This document shows, piece by piece, positions 9,974 to 20,200 of a stretch of DNA of 64,000 nucleotides (position 1 is the stretch's first letter; each line of letters begins with the position of its first letter). The position numbers and the translations under genes were made by a program. Source of the stretch: Flavobacteriales bacterium (GTDB lineage Bacteria; Bacteroidota; Bacteroidia; Flavobacteriales_F; PHOS-HE28); NCBI GenBank assembly GCA_017987895.1, contig JAGNSU010000004.1:24773-88772 (forward strand), read 5' to 3'. Under the pieces are notes generated by a model. That model searched no databases, was not told where the DNA came from, and saw nothing but the letters and a program-made list of their open reading frames with translations.

Positions 9974-10900
9974 TCAGCACTTCACCTCAACCAGCCAGAG
10001 CATAGGAAGCAAAGCCAACAGGAGAATCATAAGGATAATCCCGGTACCGGACCATTTTGAGGGAATCGTTGGCCTCGGAGGCGGATAACCCTGCCAAATC
10101 AGATTGGGAAGCTTCTCAATACTTGTTGCCGTGATATTTCCATGCCCGCCTTTACTCTTCAACCACGCCATAAGGGCGGTCTTGTTATCGCGCTTCCATC
10201 TATTGAACTGGTAGACCCCTCTAACATGTTGGAATATGGCCCATGGAGCCACACAAAACACGAGGCTGAAGAGAAGGATCCCAACCCACCTTAGAGCCTC
10301 TCGCAGCAAACTTGGGAAATAGTCGACAACGCTAGTTCTGCTCACAATTGGCTCATTCAAAGAAGAATACACTGCCCGACCATTGACCACTCCTCGTTCA
10401 TCAATCCGTATCTGCGGTGCCACAGTGGGCAACACTGCCTCGAGGAACACCAAAACGTCAAAGCTCTCCCCGCTCTTCCACTGCCGAAAGGCAACAATAC
10501 AGTCTTGGCCATTCGTACTAAGAGCTACGCGCGCAAGTCCGGTAGACCGAACATCCAGCAGCCTGTAGCCGTTGGGAATACCTAGCGTCAATACCGAATC
10601 AATCAAATCACTTCGATCGCCGACACCAACGATCGGTTTCAAACCAATATTCTTAAGGATGACTTGAACTCTCCAGAGGGAGGTAACAGGTCTTCCATGA
10701 AAGGTGAACCTTGCCTCTAACCCTTCAGCTGAGGGCATTTGCGTTAGCTTCTCAACAGAGATGGTTCGAACTTCAATGGTAGGCTCCTCCGAGGACTTGT
10801 ATTGCAAGTACAAACTGAGCAGGCCAATCGCAAGAGTAAAAACCACGCCCAAGGGGGACAGAATTTTCTGAACAGGAGCGAGGGTCTTGATATTCATCAC
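9974..10900 (-). CDS. Orphan membrane protein (308 aa) with atypically low G+C
   Basis: Three predicted TM segments (aa about 15–33, 215–235, 285–305); no recognisable motif; sampled 60-nt lines give about 45–58% G+C versus 60% or more in flanking genes. Confidence 0.55.
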   Translation of the reverse strand: MMNIKTLAPVQKILSPLGVVFTLAIGLLSLYLQYKSSEEPTIEVRTISVEKLTQMPSAEGLEARFTFHGRPVTSLWRVQVILKNIGLKPIVGVGDRSDLIDSVLTLGIPNGYRLLDVRSTGLARVALSTNGQDCIVAFRQWKSGESFDVLVFLEAVLPTVAPQIRIDERGVVNGRAVYSSLNEPIVSRTSVVDYFPSLLREALRWVGILLFSLVFCVAPWAIFQHVRGVYQFNRWKRDNKTALMAWLKSKGGHGNITATSIEKLPNLIWQGYPPPRPTIPSKWSGTGIILMILLLALLPMLWLVEVKC

Positions 10901-10919
10901 ATCCTGAAAGGAGAGACGC

Positions 10920-12197
10920 TCAGATCGCCCCCACCCCCAGCATCAACGCTGGCTCCTCCAGCATCTGCTTGAAGGTGTTGAGGAAGGCCGCGCCGGTGGC
11001 GCCGTCCACCACGCGGTGGTCGCAGCTCAGGGTCACCTTCATCGTGTGGCCTGCAACGATCTGACCGTTCTTCACGACGGGCTTCTCCATGATGCCACCG
11101 ATGGCGAGGATGCAGGCATCGGGCGGGTTGATGATGGCGGTGAACTCTTCGATGCCGAACATGCCGAGGTTGGAGATGGTGAAGGTGTTGCCTTCCCAAT
11201 CCTGCGGCTGGAGCTTCTTCTCTTTGGCCCGCTTGGCGTAGTCGCGCACCTCCACACCGATCGTGCGCAGCGATTTTCCATCGGCGAAGCGCACCACGGG
11301 GACCAGCAAGCCTTCCTCCACCGCCACGGCCACGCCGATATGCACGTGTTCGTTGAACCGGATCTTGTCGCCGAGCCAGCTGCTGTTCACTTTCGGATGT
11401 TGCTTCAGGGAAACGGCCACGGCTTTGATCACCATGTCGTTGAAGGAGACCTTGTCCGGTGCGATGCTCGCGTTGATCGCTTCCCGGACGTGCATGGCGC
11501 GCGACATGTCCAGCTCGATGGTGAGGTAGAAATGCGGTGCCGTGAATTTGCTTTCGGCCAGGCGCTTGGCGATGGTCTTGCGCATCTGGCTGACCGCCAC
11601 TTCGGTGAAGCGTTCCTCCTGCGGCACGAACTGCGCCATGCTCGCACTGGTGAACTCTTCGATGTCCTGCTTGGTCACGCGACCCTCCGGTCCGCTGCCA
11701 CGCACACGCCCGATGTCGATGCCTTTCTCCGCGGCGAGGTTCTTGGCGAGCGGGCTGGCTTTCAAGCGACCGTTCGCTTGGGCGACTGGAGCCACGGTGC
11801 GGGTGGGCTTTGAGACAGGGGCGGGCGCAGGAGCAGGAGCAGGGGCAGGGGCAACCGTCGGTTTTGCCTCGTGCGCCTGCTCCTGCGCCTGCTCCTTGGG
11901 TTCTGGAGCCTTCGCCGCAGGCGCTTCCGCTTCCTTCAGAAGACCACTGATGTCTTCGCCCTCCTTCCCGAAGATCGCCAACAGGGAATCCACCGGTGCC
12001 GTCTGCCCTTGTTGCACACCGATGTGCAGGAGCGTACCGTCCAGGTAGCTCTCGAACTCCATGGTGGCCTTGTCGGTCTCGATCTCGGCGAGGATGTCGC
12101 CGCTCTTCACCTTATCGCCCACCTTCTTGTTCCACTTGGCGACGACACCTTCGGTCATGGTGTCGCTCAACTTGGGCATGCGTACGATCTCGGCCAT
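10920..12197 (-). CDS. pdhC: Dihydrolipoyllysine-residue acetyltransferase (E2) of pyruvate dehydrogenase complex
   Basis: Lipoyl domain EIETDKATMEFES, Ala/Pro linker APAPAPAPAP, catalytic domain ending DHRVVDGATGAAFL; likely start MAEIVRMPKLSDTM. Confidence 0.85.
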   Translation of the reverse strand: MAEIVRMPKLSDTMTEGVVAKWNKKVGDKVKSGDILAEIETDKATMEFESYLDGTLLHIGVQQGQTAPVDSLLAIFGKEGEDISGLLKEAEAPAAKAPEPKEQAQEQAHEAKPTVAPAPAPAPAPAPVSKPTRTVAPVAQANGRLKASPLAKNLAAEKGIDIGRVRGSGPEGRVTKQDIEEFTSASMAQFVPQEERFTEVAVSQMRKTIAKRLAESKFTAPHFYLTIELDMSRAMHVREAINASIAPDKVSFNDMVIKAVAVSLKQHPKVNSSWLGDKIRFNEHVHIGVAVAVEEGLLVPVVRFADGKSLRTIGVEVRDYAKRAKEKKLQPQDWEGNTFTISNLGMFGIEEFTAIINPPDACILAIGGIMEKPVVKNGQIVAGHTMKVTLSCDHRVVDGATGAAFLNTFKQMLEEPALMLGVGAI

Positions 12198-12325
12198 TTC
12201 TTCGTCTTGTTTTAACCGCCACGACGCCACGGACGCCAAGGTTCCGCCACGCTCGATCGCCTGGGCCTTGGGGTTCCCTTTCCGTTGCGCATTCGTTGCG
12301 TTCGTAGCGTCGTGGCGGTGGAAAC

Positions 12326-13357
12326 TCAGTCCTTGATGAACGGATAATCCTTCTGCTTGTACACGTCGAGGTAGAGTTCATCCACCGGCGGCAGCGGGCT
12401 TTCCTCGGCGAACTTCACCGCCTCTTCCACTTCTTTCTTGGTGACCACGTCCATGGCCTCGAGTTCTTCCTCCGTGGCCCATTTGTTCGTGAGCAACTTG
12501 GCTCGGACGTCCTCGATCGGGTCCTGGGCCTTCCATTCCTCCACCTCCTCCTTGGTGCGGTACTTCTGCGGATCGCTCATGCTGTGGCCGCGGTACCTGT
12601 ATGTGTTGATCTCGAGGAGGTAGGGTCCGTTGCCAGCGCGGCAATGCGCTGCGGCCTTGGTAATGGCCTCATGCACGGCTTCGCACTTCATCCCGTCCAC
12701 GGGTTCGCCGGGCATGTCGTAGCTCTCGCCCAGTGTGTACAGTTCCTGTACGTTACTGGTACGTTCCACGCTGGTGCCCATGGCGTATTGGTTGTTCTCG
12801 ATGATGAAGATCACCGGGAGCTTCCAGGTCATCGCCATATTGAACACTTCGTGCAGCATGCCCTGGCGTACGGCGCCATCGCCCATGCTGCACAAGGTGA
12901 CGTTGTCGTTGCCTTTGTACTTGTCCGCGAAGGCGATGCCTGCGCCCAGTCCGATCTGCCCACCCACAATGCCGTGGCCGCCGAAGAGGTTCCGCTCTTT
13001 GTCGAAGTAGTGCATGCTACCTCCCTTGCCCTTGCTGGTGCCGGTGATCCTTCCGAAGAGTTCGGCCATCACGTTCTTGGCGGGCGTACCGAGCACCAAG
13101 GGATGCGCATGATCGCGGTAGCCGGTGATGACCCGGTCGCTGGGGCGGATGGCGGTGACCATACCCGCGAGGATCGCTTCCTGACCGATGTAGAGGTGGC
13201 AGAACCCGCCGAACTTCTGCATGGTATAGAGCTGACCGGTCTTCTCCTCGAAGCGCCGCATGAGCAGCATATCCTTGAACCAGCGCAAGTAGGTCTCTTT
13301 GCCGAAGCTGGTGCCTGGAGCGGTCTTCTTGGCGGCCGTTCGAGTGGTCATGGGCAT
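12326..13357 (-). CDS. pdhA: Pyruvate dehydrogenase E1 component alpha subunit
   Basis: MPMTTRT...YRDHAHPLVLG...GGHGIVGGQIGLGAGIAFA...SMGDGAVRQG thiamine-PP binding motifs; the upstream part of the track ORF overlaps cdd and is not coding. Confidence 0.85.
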   Translation of the reverse strand: MPMTTRTAAKKTAPGTSFGKETYLRWFKDMLLMRRFEEKTGQLYTMQKFGGFCHLYIGQEAILAGMVTAIRPSDRVITGYRDHAHPLVLGTPAKNVMAELFGRITGTSKGKGGSMHYFDKERNLFGGHGIVGGQIGLGAGIAFADKYKGNDNVTLCSMGDGAVRQGMLHEVFNMAMTWKLPVIFIIENNQYAMGTSVERTSNVQELYTLGESYDMPGEPVDGMKCEAVHEAITKAAAHCRAGNGPYLLEINTYRYRGHSMSDPQKYRTKEEVEEWKAQDPIEDVRAKLLTNKWATEEELEAMDVVTKKEVEEAVKFAEESPLPPVDELYLDVYKQKDYPFIKD

Positions 13358-13413
13358 ACGGGAGCGCCCGCTGTAGGCGGACCGGCCAAAGATAGCCAGC
13401 CCACCTTGGCGGC

Positions 13414-13882
13414 TCAGCGGGTGAGAAAGGTGGGGTCGAAGGAGAAGGGCAACAGATCCGAGGCGGTGGCGAGTTCCCAGACCACACCATCGGGCACGGC
13501 CATCAGTACGCGGATGGGGGCTCCTTGGCGATGCTCCTGCTCCAGCAAGGCCTGGCGGCAGATCCCGCATGGCGTCACCGGTCGGTCCGTGGAGGGCACC
13601 ACAATAGCGATAGTGCGCACCACTGCGCTCGGACGCATGCTCAACGCCGCGTGCAAGGCGGTGCGTTCCGCGCAGATCCCAGCGGGAAAGCTGGCGTTCT
13701 CCTGGTTGTTGCCTTCCACCACGGTGCCATCGTTCAACCGCAGCGCAGCGCCCACATGGAAATTGGAATAAGGCGCATAGGCCCTCCCTGCTGCCTGGGC
13801 CGCGTGGCCGAGGAGCGCCGCATCTTCCGGGACGAGATCCGCCCAGGAGGCATGCTCGACCAGATGTATCGCGATGCGTTTC
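13414..13882 (-). CDS. cdd: Cytidine deaminase
   Basis: Zinc-binding motifs CAERTA and PCGICRQ; about 156 aa from MGTEKRIAIHLVEH. Confidence 0.85.
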
Positions 13883-13968
13883 TCGGTACCCATATGCGTG
13901 GGAAGGGTCGCCAATGTACACCGCACGGCTATTGCGCGATAGCTAGATTTGGCCTCCTTCGCCGAACG

Positions 13969-14733
13969 ATGGCCCCGCTCCGGTCCCTGCTCCAACGGTT
14001 CGATCCCATTTCCCTGGCGGAAATGGACGGGGTGAAGCTGCAGGACCGCATGGACACCAAATTCGTTTTCCCGGATCGTTCGCTTTCGCAGGTATTGGAG
14101 GCCCTGATCCCTTACTACCGCCTGCTGGAGGTGAACGGTGTGCGTGGTGCGGAGTACCGCTCGCTCTATTTCGATTCCCCGGCGCTTCGGCACTACTTCG
14201 ACCACCACAACGGCCGCACGTTGCGCAGCAAGGTGCGTTTCCGCGAATATGTCGGCAGTGGGCTGTGCTTCCTGGAAGTGAAGCGAAAGACCGGAACAGG
14301 TCGCACGGACAAGGCCCGACGCCGCGAGGACGCGATCCCGTTGGCGTTGACAGCGGACCAGGCGGCCTTCATAGCGAACGCCAAGGGCGGTGATGAAGAA
14401 CTCGTTCCCGTGCTTTGGAACAATTTCACCCGCTTGACGCTGGTGAGCCGAACGAGCCCGGAACGGCTCACCATCGATATCGGACTTCGGTACACCGACG
14501 GGTCTGGCACCACTGCGCATGAGACGCCCCTTTCCGGCGTCTGCGTGGCGGAGCTCAAGCAGGAACGTGCGGACCGCTCCTCCCCTTTCGCACGCGTTAT
14601 GCGGCAATTGGGCATACGCCCTTCAGGAATGAGCAAGTATTGTATCGGCATGCTTCTATTGCATGCGGACCTGAAGCATAACATGTTCAAGGAAGTGCTG
14701 CGGAAACTGGACCGGATCCGCGCAGCGGCCTGA
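13969..14733 (+). CDS. VTC domain-containing protein (polyphosphate polymerase/CYTH-like domain)
   Basis: MAPLRSLLQRFDPISLAEMDGVKLQDRMDTKFVF...YRSLYFDSPALRHYFDHHNGRTLRSKVRFREY, typical of bacterial VTC-domain proteins; start assigned within the longer track ORF. Confidence 0.7.
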   Translation: MAPLRSLLQRFDPISLAEMDGVKLQDRMDTKFVFPDRSLSQVLEALIPYYRLLEVNGVRGAEYRSLYFDSPALRHYFDHHNGRTLRSKVRFREYVGSGLCFLEVKRKTGTGRTDKARRREDAIPLALTADQAAFIANAKGGDEELVPVLWNNFTRLTLVSRTSPERLTIDIGLRYTDGSGTTAHETPLSGVCVAELKQERADRSSPFARVMRQLGIRPSGMSKYCIGMLLLHADLKHNMFKEVLRKLDRIRAAA

Positions 14734-14741
14734 ACGAAACG

Positions 14742-15401
14742 ATGATGACCATGAAGCTCTTCGGTATGCGGGTGTTCCACGAGGATATGTGGGAGCTCCT
14801 GTTCAAATTCGGGCTGAACGCCATCGTCCTGTTCATCCTCATCCGGCTGATCTACTATCCGATCCACCGGAAGAAGGACTACCTGTTCACCTACTTCCTC
14901 TTCAACATCCTGATCTTCTTCCTCTGCGTGCTGCTGAACAACGTGAAGCTGAGCATCGGCTTCGCGTTCGGGCTGTTCGCCATCTTCGGCATCCTACGCT
15001 ACCGCACCGAGCAGATCAGCATCAAGGACATGACGTACCTGTTCGCGGTGATCAGCCTGGCGGTGATCAACGCGTTGGTGAGCAAGAAGATCAGTCTGGC
15101 CGAGCTGTTGTTCACCGATGGCATGATCCTGCTGGTGACCTATGCGCTGGAGCACGTGTGGCTCACCCGGCACGAGGCCATGCGCATGTTGATCTACGAT
15201 CGTATCGACCTGATGCGGCCGGGGCAGCGGGAAGCCCTGTACGCGGATCTGCACACCCGCCTCGGCATCAAAGTGAGCCGGGTGGAAGTGGGGCGGATCG
15301 ACCTGTTGCGCGATACCGCCCAACTACGCGTGTTCTACTATGAGGATGAGCAGGGCCTGGGCTCGTTCACTGAAATGGCGGGCGACGACGGCGACGATTA
15401 G
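14742..15401 (+). CDS. DUF4956 domain-containing membrane protein
   Basis: MKLFGMRVFHEDMWELLFKFGLNAIVLFILIRLIYYPIHRKKDYLFTYFLFN... acidic C-terminus; regular genomic partner of VTC-domain proteins in Bacteroidota. Confidence 0.7.
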   Translation: MMTMKLFGMRVFHEDMWELLFKFGLNAIVLFILIRLIYYPIHRKKDYLFTYFLFNILIFFLCVLLNNVKLSIGFAFGLFAIFGILRYRTEQISIKDMTYLFAVISLAVINALVSKKISLAELLFTDGMILLVTYALEHVWLTRHEAMRMLIYDRIDLMRPGQREALYADLHTRLGIKVSRVEVGRIDLLRDTAQLRVFYYEDEQGLGSFTEMAGDDGDD

Positions 15402-15877
15402 CCCTTCGCGATCAACGCCACCGCATAGGCGCATACCCCCTCCTCCCGGCCTACATAGCCGAGCTTCTCGTTCGTAGTGGCCTTGATGCCCACGGCATCC
15501 TCCTCCACACCGAGGATCGGTGCGATCGCCAGCTTCATGGCGGGGATATGCGGCTTGATCTTCGGGCGTTCCATGACGAGGCTGCAGTCCACGTTGCCCA
15601 CGCGCCAACCGCGTTCCCCGATCAAGCGGACCACTTCGCGCAGCAGCCCTTTGCTGTCGGCGCCCTTCCAGCGCGCATCGGTATCCGGGAAATGATGACC
15701 GATATCCGGCAGCCCTGCCGCACCGAGCAGCGCATCGCAGAGGGCATGCAAGAGCACGTCCGCGTCACTATGGCCTACGCTGCCAACGGTGTGCTCGATC
15801 CGAACGCCCCCGAGCCAGAGCGCACGGCCCTCCGCCAGGCGGTGAACATCGAAGCCGAAGCCGACACGGAAGTTCAT
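15398..15877 (-). CDS. ispF: 2-C-methyl-D-erythritol 2,4-cyclodiphosphate synthase
   Basis: MNFRVGFGFDVHRLAEGRALWLGGVRIEH...GHSDADVLLHAL signature. Confidence 0.9.
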   Translation of the reverse strand: MNFRVGFGFDVHRLAEGRALWLGGVRIEHTVGSVGHSDADVLLHALCDALLGAAGLPDIGHHFPDTDARWKGADSKGLLREVVRLIGERGWRVGNVDCSLVMERPKIKPHIPAMKLAIAPILGVEEDAVGIKATTNEKLGYVGREEGVCAYAVALIAKG

Positions 15878-17169
15878 TCCTCCGTGTTCTTCTTCTTCCT
15901 GCTCTTGTCGAAGTTGAACCCGAGCGTGAAGCGCAAGGTGTTCGCCAGCGGGCTGCGCTGTGTGTTGGCGATCAAGTAGCTCAGGTCGATGGAGAAGATG
16001 CTGTAGCGTACGCCGGCGCCGAGCGTGAAGTACTTGCGGTTGCCTTTGGTGTAGTGCTCCCAGAAATACCCTGCCCGCACCGCGAACTGCTTGGCGTACC
16101 AATACTCCAAGCCCCCGCCCAGATTGATCTCCCGGAACTCTTCCTTCGTCTTGCTGCCGCTGATGAGTTCTCCATCCCCGCCATAGAACCCGGGCGCATC
16201 GCTGAACGACTGGAACAAGCCTTGCGCCACACCCACATCAGGGTTCTTACCGGAGGCGATCTGGAACTCACCGGTAGCGGGGTCCACGATATTGTTGCCG
16301 CTGGAGTCGACCGCATAGATCGGTGGCGTGGGCACCAGCAGCTTGTTCGCGTCGAAATGGATGGATATGGAATTGTAGTCGTCCAGGTTGTAGGTGAACC
16401 GGGGTCCAAGGCGCAGGTTCATCGGAATGAAGTCCCGCTTGGCCGTTTCCGAATAGGACATCTTGGCGCCGATGTTCGAGATGTTGAGACCAAAGGCGAA
16501 GGTCCCTGTCTTGTCACCGAGTTGAAGCTCCGGCTTCTGGTAGTAGACCGATACATCGGCGGCCACGGTCTGGCCCGCTTTGGTGTTGGCATTGTTCACG
16601 TTGAGACCACCGGTGAGATTGCTGTTCACGTAGCGCACCGCGATGCCGCCGCTGAAGAAGTCACTGAACTGCTGGGCGAAGGCGATGTCCACCGCGAACT
16701 CCGCCGGCTTGAACTCCCGTATCGGCTGGCCGGTGGCATCGGTGAACTGGATGCTCCCCAGATCGAAATACCGGAGCGAGCCACCGATCGTGCTGCGCTT
16801 ATTCCCCAAACGGCCATAACCTGCCAGGTAAGCGAGGCTCATGTCAGGCACCAAATTGCGCAGCCAAGGGCTGAAGGAGATGGCGAACTCGCCATCGTTG
16901 GGAGCGAAGGCCAGCTTGGCGGGGTTCCAGTGGATCGCGTTCACATCGGGGGATATGGCCACGCCGGCGTCGCCCATACCGCCCGCCCGGGAATCCACGG
17001 AGATCATCAGAAAGGGCACCGCCGTGGTGATGGTGTTCAAGTCCTTTCCACAGGGTTGTCCGGTGATCTCGTTGACGCAATCGGAACTCACCTGAGCATG
17101 CGCGGGCCGAAGGGCGCCGAGCGCCCAGAGAACGATGACGGAGCGGAACAGCGGACGGAGCACGTGCAT
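15874..17169 (-). CDS. porV: Type IX secretion system outer-membrane protein PorV (LptO)
   Basis: Signal peptide, beta-barrel pattern, about 430 aa, lies immediately downstream of porU as in the characterised T9SS loci. Confidence 0.8.
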   Translation of the reverse strand: MHVLRPLFRSVIVLWALGALRPAHAQVSSDCVNEITGQPCGKDLNTITTAVPFLMISVDSRAGGMGDAGVAISPDVNAIHWNPAKLAFAPNDGEFAISFSPWLRNLVPDMSLAYLAGYGRLGNKRSTIGGSLRYFDLGSIQFTDATGQPIREFKPAEFAVDIAFAQQFSDFFSGGIAVRYVNSNLTGGLNVNNANTKAGQTVAADVSVYYQKPELQLGDKTGTFAFGLNISNIGAKMSYSETAKRDFIPMNLRLGPRFTYNLDDYNSISIHFDANKLLVPTPPIYAVDSSGNNIVDPATGEFQIASGKNPDVGVAQGLFQSFSDAPGFYGGDGELISGSKTKEEFREINLGGGLEYWYAKQFAVRAGYFWEHYTKGNRKYFTLGAGVRYSIFSIDLSYLIANTQRSPLANTLRFTLGFNFDKSRKKKNTEE

Positions 17170-17234
17170 TAGGGGAGGTTCAGGAAAAAGGACGGCAAAT
17201 ATACGGGGCCCTAGCCGGGTTTATTGTTCGTGGT

Positions 17235-20200
17235 TCAGCGCAGGATCACCAGCTTCTCGTACTTCTCGGCCTTGTCCCCCTCCTGGGTCACCACATTGAG
17301 ACGGTAGACATAAACCCCCCGGCCCAGTTTATCACCTTGATCATCCAGGCCATCCCATGCCATGGGCTCGGATCGGAAGCCCTCGCAGGCCAGCTGGCGG
17401 TTCAAGGTCTTCACCAGGCGACCGGCCACGGTGAAGACTTGGACCTGCACATCGAGCGTGGAGCACGGGCGGTTGTGTTCGAAGAAGAACTGGGTGTTGG
17501 TGGTGAAGGGATTGGGGTAGTTGAGCACGTGCTCCAGGGCCAGTTCGGCGCTGGGCGCCACTACGAACTCGGTACCGGCCTCGGTGGAATTGTTGAACAC
17601 GTCCCAAGCCTTCACCCGAAGGGTATGGTTGCCTTCCGCCAGATCGCTGAATCGGTACCGGACCTTCCCGCTCTTGTAGGAGTCCAGATCGGCGTCGTAC
17701 TGGTTGTTCAATACGATGGTCTGATCGGTGTTCTCGTCCAGAACGGCCACCAGGTCATGGCCGATGCTGCTGCCCAACGTATTGATGCCGTTCTGGTCGA
17801 ACAGTTTGACCAGGAGCATTGGGGTTTCATTGGTGATCCCGCCACGCACGAAACGTTCATCGTTCATATACACCCCGATACTTGGGCCTTGCTCGTCGAG
17901 GGCCACATCGGTCGCGGTGCCACCCACGAGCATGGTGTCGTTCCCGCCGCACGCATTGGTGATATAGTTCTCCGCGTAGCAGCTGATCCTTCCCGGACCC
18001 ACCTGGTAGGAGATATCCTTGGGCACCACGAACGTGAAGCTGAAGACCCCGCTAGCGACCGTGGCCTTGCCGCGATAGATGATGCCTTTACGAATGCTGA
18101 AGGGGAACGAGGAGCCTCCGTCATTGGCCAACGTGGACTGTTGCATCCGTTTGTCGAATACGGTGGGGATCACCAACCCGTTGAGGTCGGAAAGCAGCAT
18201 GCCATTGCCATCCACCACTTCACCGGTGATGCGGACCGTGGCGAGCGCCTCCAAGGTATCCACGGCCGTGCCGAGCGTATCGGTGATGGCGGTGATACGG
18301 ACCTCATTGCGGGGCACAGCAAGGCGGAGGCTCGGGTCTCCGAGAAGGGCGAAATTGCGGTGGTTCGTCTGGGTGGGTTGGGCCGATGTGATATCGCGCT
18401 TGGTGCGGCGATAGGTATCGCCCAAGGTCGCGGCACGCCCCAGTTCGTCCTGCTTCTCGAACACATGATCATAGAAGTACTGCGAGAGCTGGAAGTTCTG
18501 CGTGCTGTAGGCGATGCGGGTGGTGGTCATCAGGCCGATGCCCCCTCCCATGGGATTGAGCACCACATATTCTCCGGCCGAGGTGCGTCCGGGATCGTCC
18601 CAGCGCGAGAACTCGCAGGTCGCGGTCATGAAGAGCGGCATTCGCTCACTATTTGTCCAACCCAGGATAGTGGAGTTATCCAGGAACCGCTCGTGGGCCC
18701 AACCCACTTCGCCGCCATGGCCCACGTAGTTCACGACCAGCGCGCCGCGTTGCACCTGGTCCCGCAAAGCATCCTGTGCCTCGAAGTAGCGCTCGCCCCC
18801 GGCCGTACTGGACTGCTGGTAAGCGTCCAGATAGATCTTCGAAACGTTGAAGCAGGGGTAGTCCGCCTCGGCTCCGGTGGCGAGTTGATCGCTTTGGCTC
18901 ATATGGATGGCACCTTCGAACCCATCCCCTTCTTGATCATCGCTGGCGAACACCAACAACGTACGCCAATCGTTCGCTCCGCCGTCGCCGCCAATGGAGC
19001 ATTGCGCCTCCGAACTGCTCTGTAGGGTCAGGCGATCGTAACGCAGGATCTTGTCCGCCATTTCGGACGCTTGCTCCGAGTTCGAGATCGGCAGGCGCCC
19101 CACCCCGATGTCTACGAGATCCCCTTGGTATTCCCCCTCGCCGTCATCCAACAGGCCGTAGTAATCGTCCGAGCAATAGCTCAACGAGGCGTGCCAGGAG
19201 TTCGCCGTCTGATAGCTGGGGATCCAGTTCTGGTTGCTGTTCGACCGCGAGAGGTTGTTGTACGAACCATCCCCGAACAGGAGCAGATAGCGTGGCATCA
19301 GTGCCAGGTCCGTGCCGGCCCGGTCATACAGCAATTTCATGTACCGTTTGATCGCCGTGGCATCGCGCATGCCGGATGAGAACTCATTGAAGACCTCCTG
19401 GGGTGTCACCATTGTCACCGTGAGCCCTTCTGACTCCCTGCGTTGAGCGATGCGCGCCGCGCTGTTCTTGAACTCGGGCGGAGTGACGATCACAAGATCG
19501 GTGGGCAGGGTCGTGGCGTGCAGGTTCTGATTGGCCACGCGTCCGGCCAGGTAGGGCACGCGCAGTGAATTCGATCGGAAAGCGGCGAACTGACGGAGCG
19601 AATCCGTGCGGAGGCGGAAGACCTTCTGTATGCCGTTGTCCGCGAAGTCCACGCTGGCGGCCAGCGTTGGGTTCGTCACATCCCACAGAGCTAGGACGCC
19701 CGGCGCCAGATCCAGGGTGAACTCCGTGATCTCCCCCGGACCTACGCTGGTGAGATCGCGGAAAAGAAGCTGATCACCCGCCATCTTCAGGTCCCGGCGC
19801 AAATTCACTTCCAGGAAGTTCATCCAACCGATGGACGATACCGGGTTGTGCTTGATGAAGCTCACCGTAACGGGCAGGTTGTTCCCGTTCGCGTTGAAGC
19901 AAAAGGTCTGTTGGGTCGGCTTCGCCTGCTCGCCCGTATAACCCGTGCCGACACCGGCCACACTGAAGGTCGAATCCAGCAGTCCCGATACGATCCTCCA
20001 TTGGCTCGAATTGGTGGCCCCTAGTGTTCGGCTCAACACGTTCACGCGCAGACACACCTCATCCTGTTGCCTTATGTAAGGTGTCTCGAAATTGTAGTTG
20101 TATGTAGTAATGATATCGTACGTCTCGGCGAAGAGGTTCCGGCCGGACTTCAGCAACGTGGTGTAATCCTTCTCGATGAACTGGCGGTCGTCGAAGGAAT

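Noticed and set aside
11820-11880. GCAGGAGCAGGGGCAGGGGCA repeat
   Set aside because: It encodes the Ala-Pro flexible linker (APAPAPAPAP) of the E2 lipoyl arm. It is not a CRISPR or SSR element.
11016-13771. Large + strand ORFs 11016..11813, 11542..12048 and 12584..13771
   Set aside because: They are antisense shadows of pdhC and pdhA (high-GC ORF artefacts). The strongly conserved E2 and E1-alpha motifs are on the minus strand.
17337-19025. 562-aa + strand ORF inside porU
   Set aside because: Antisense to the well-supported PorU reading frame; Gly/His/Arg-rich junk translation.
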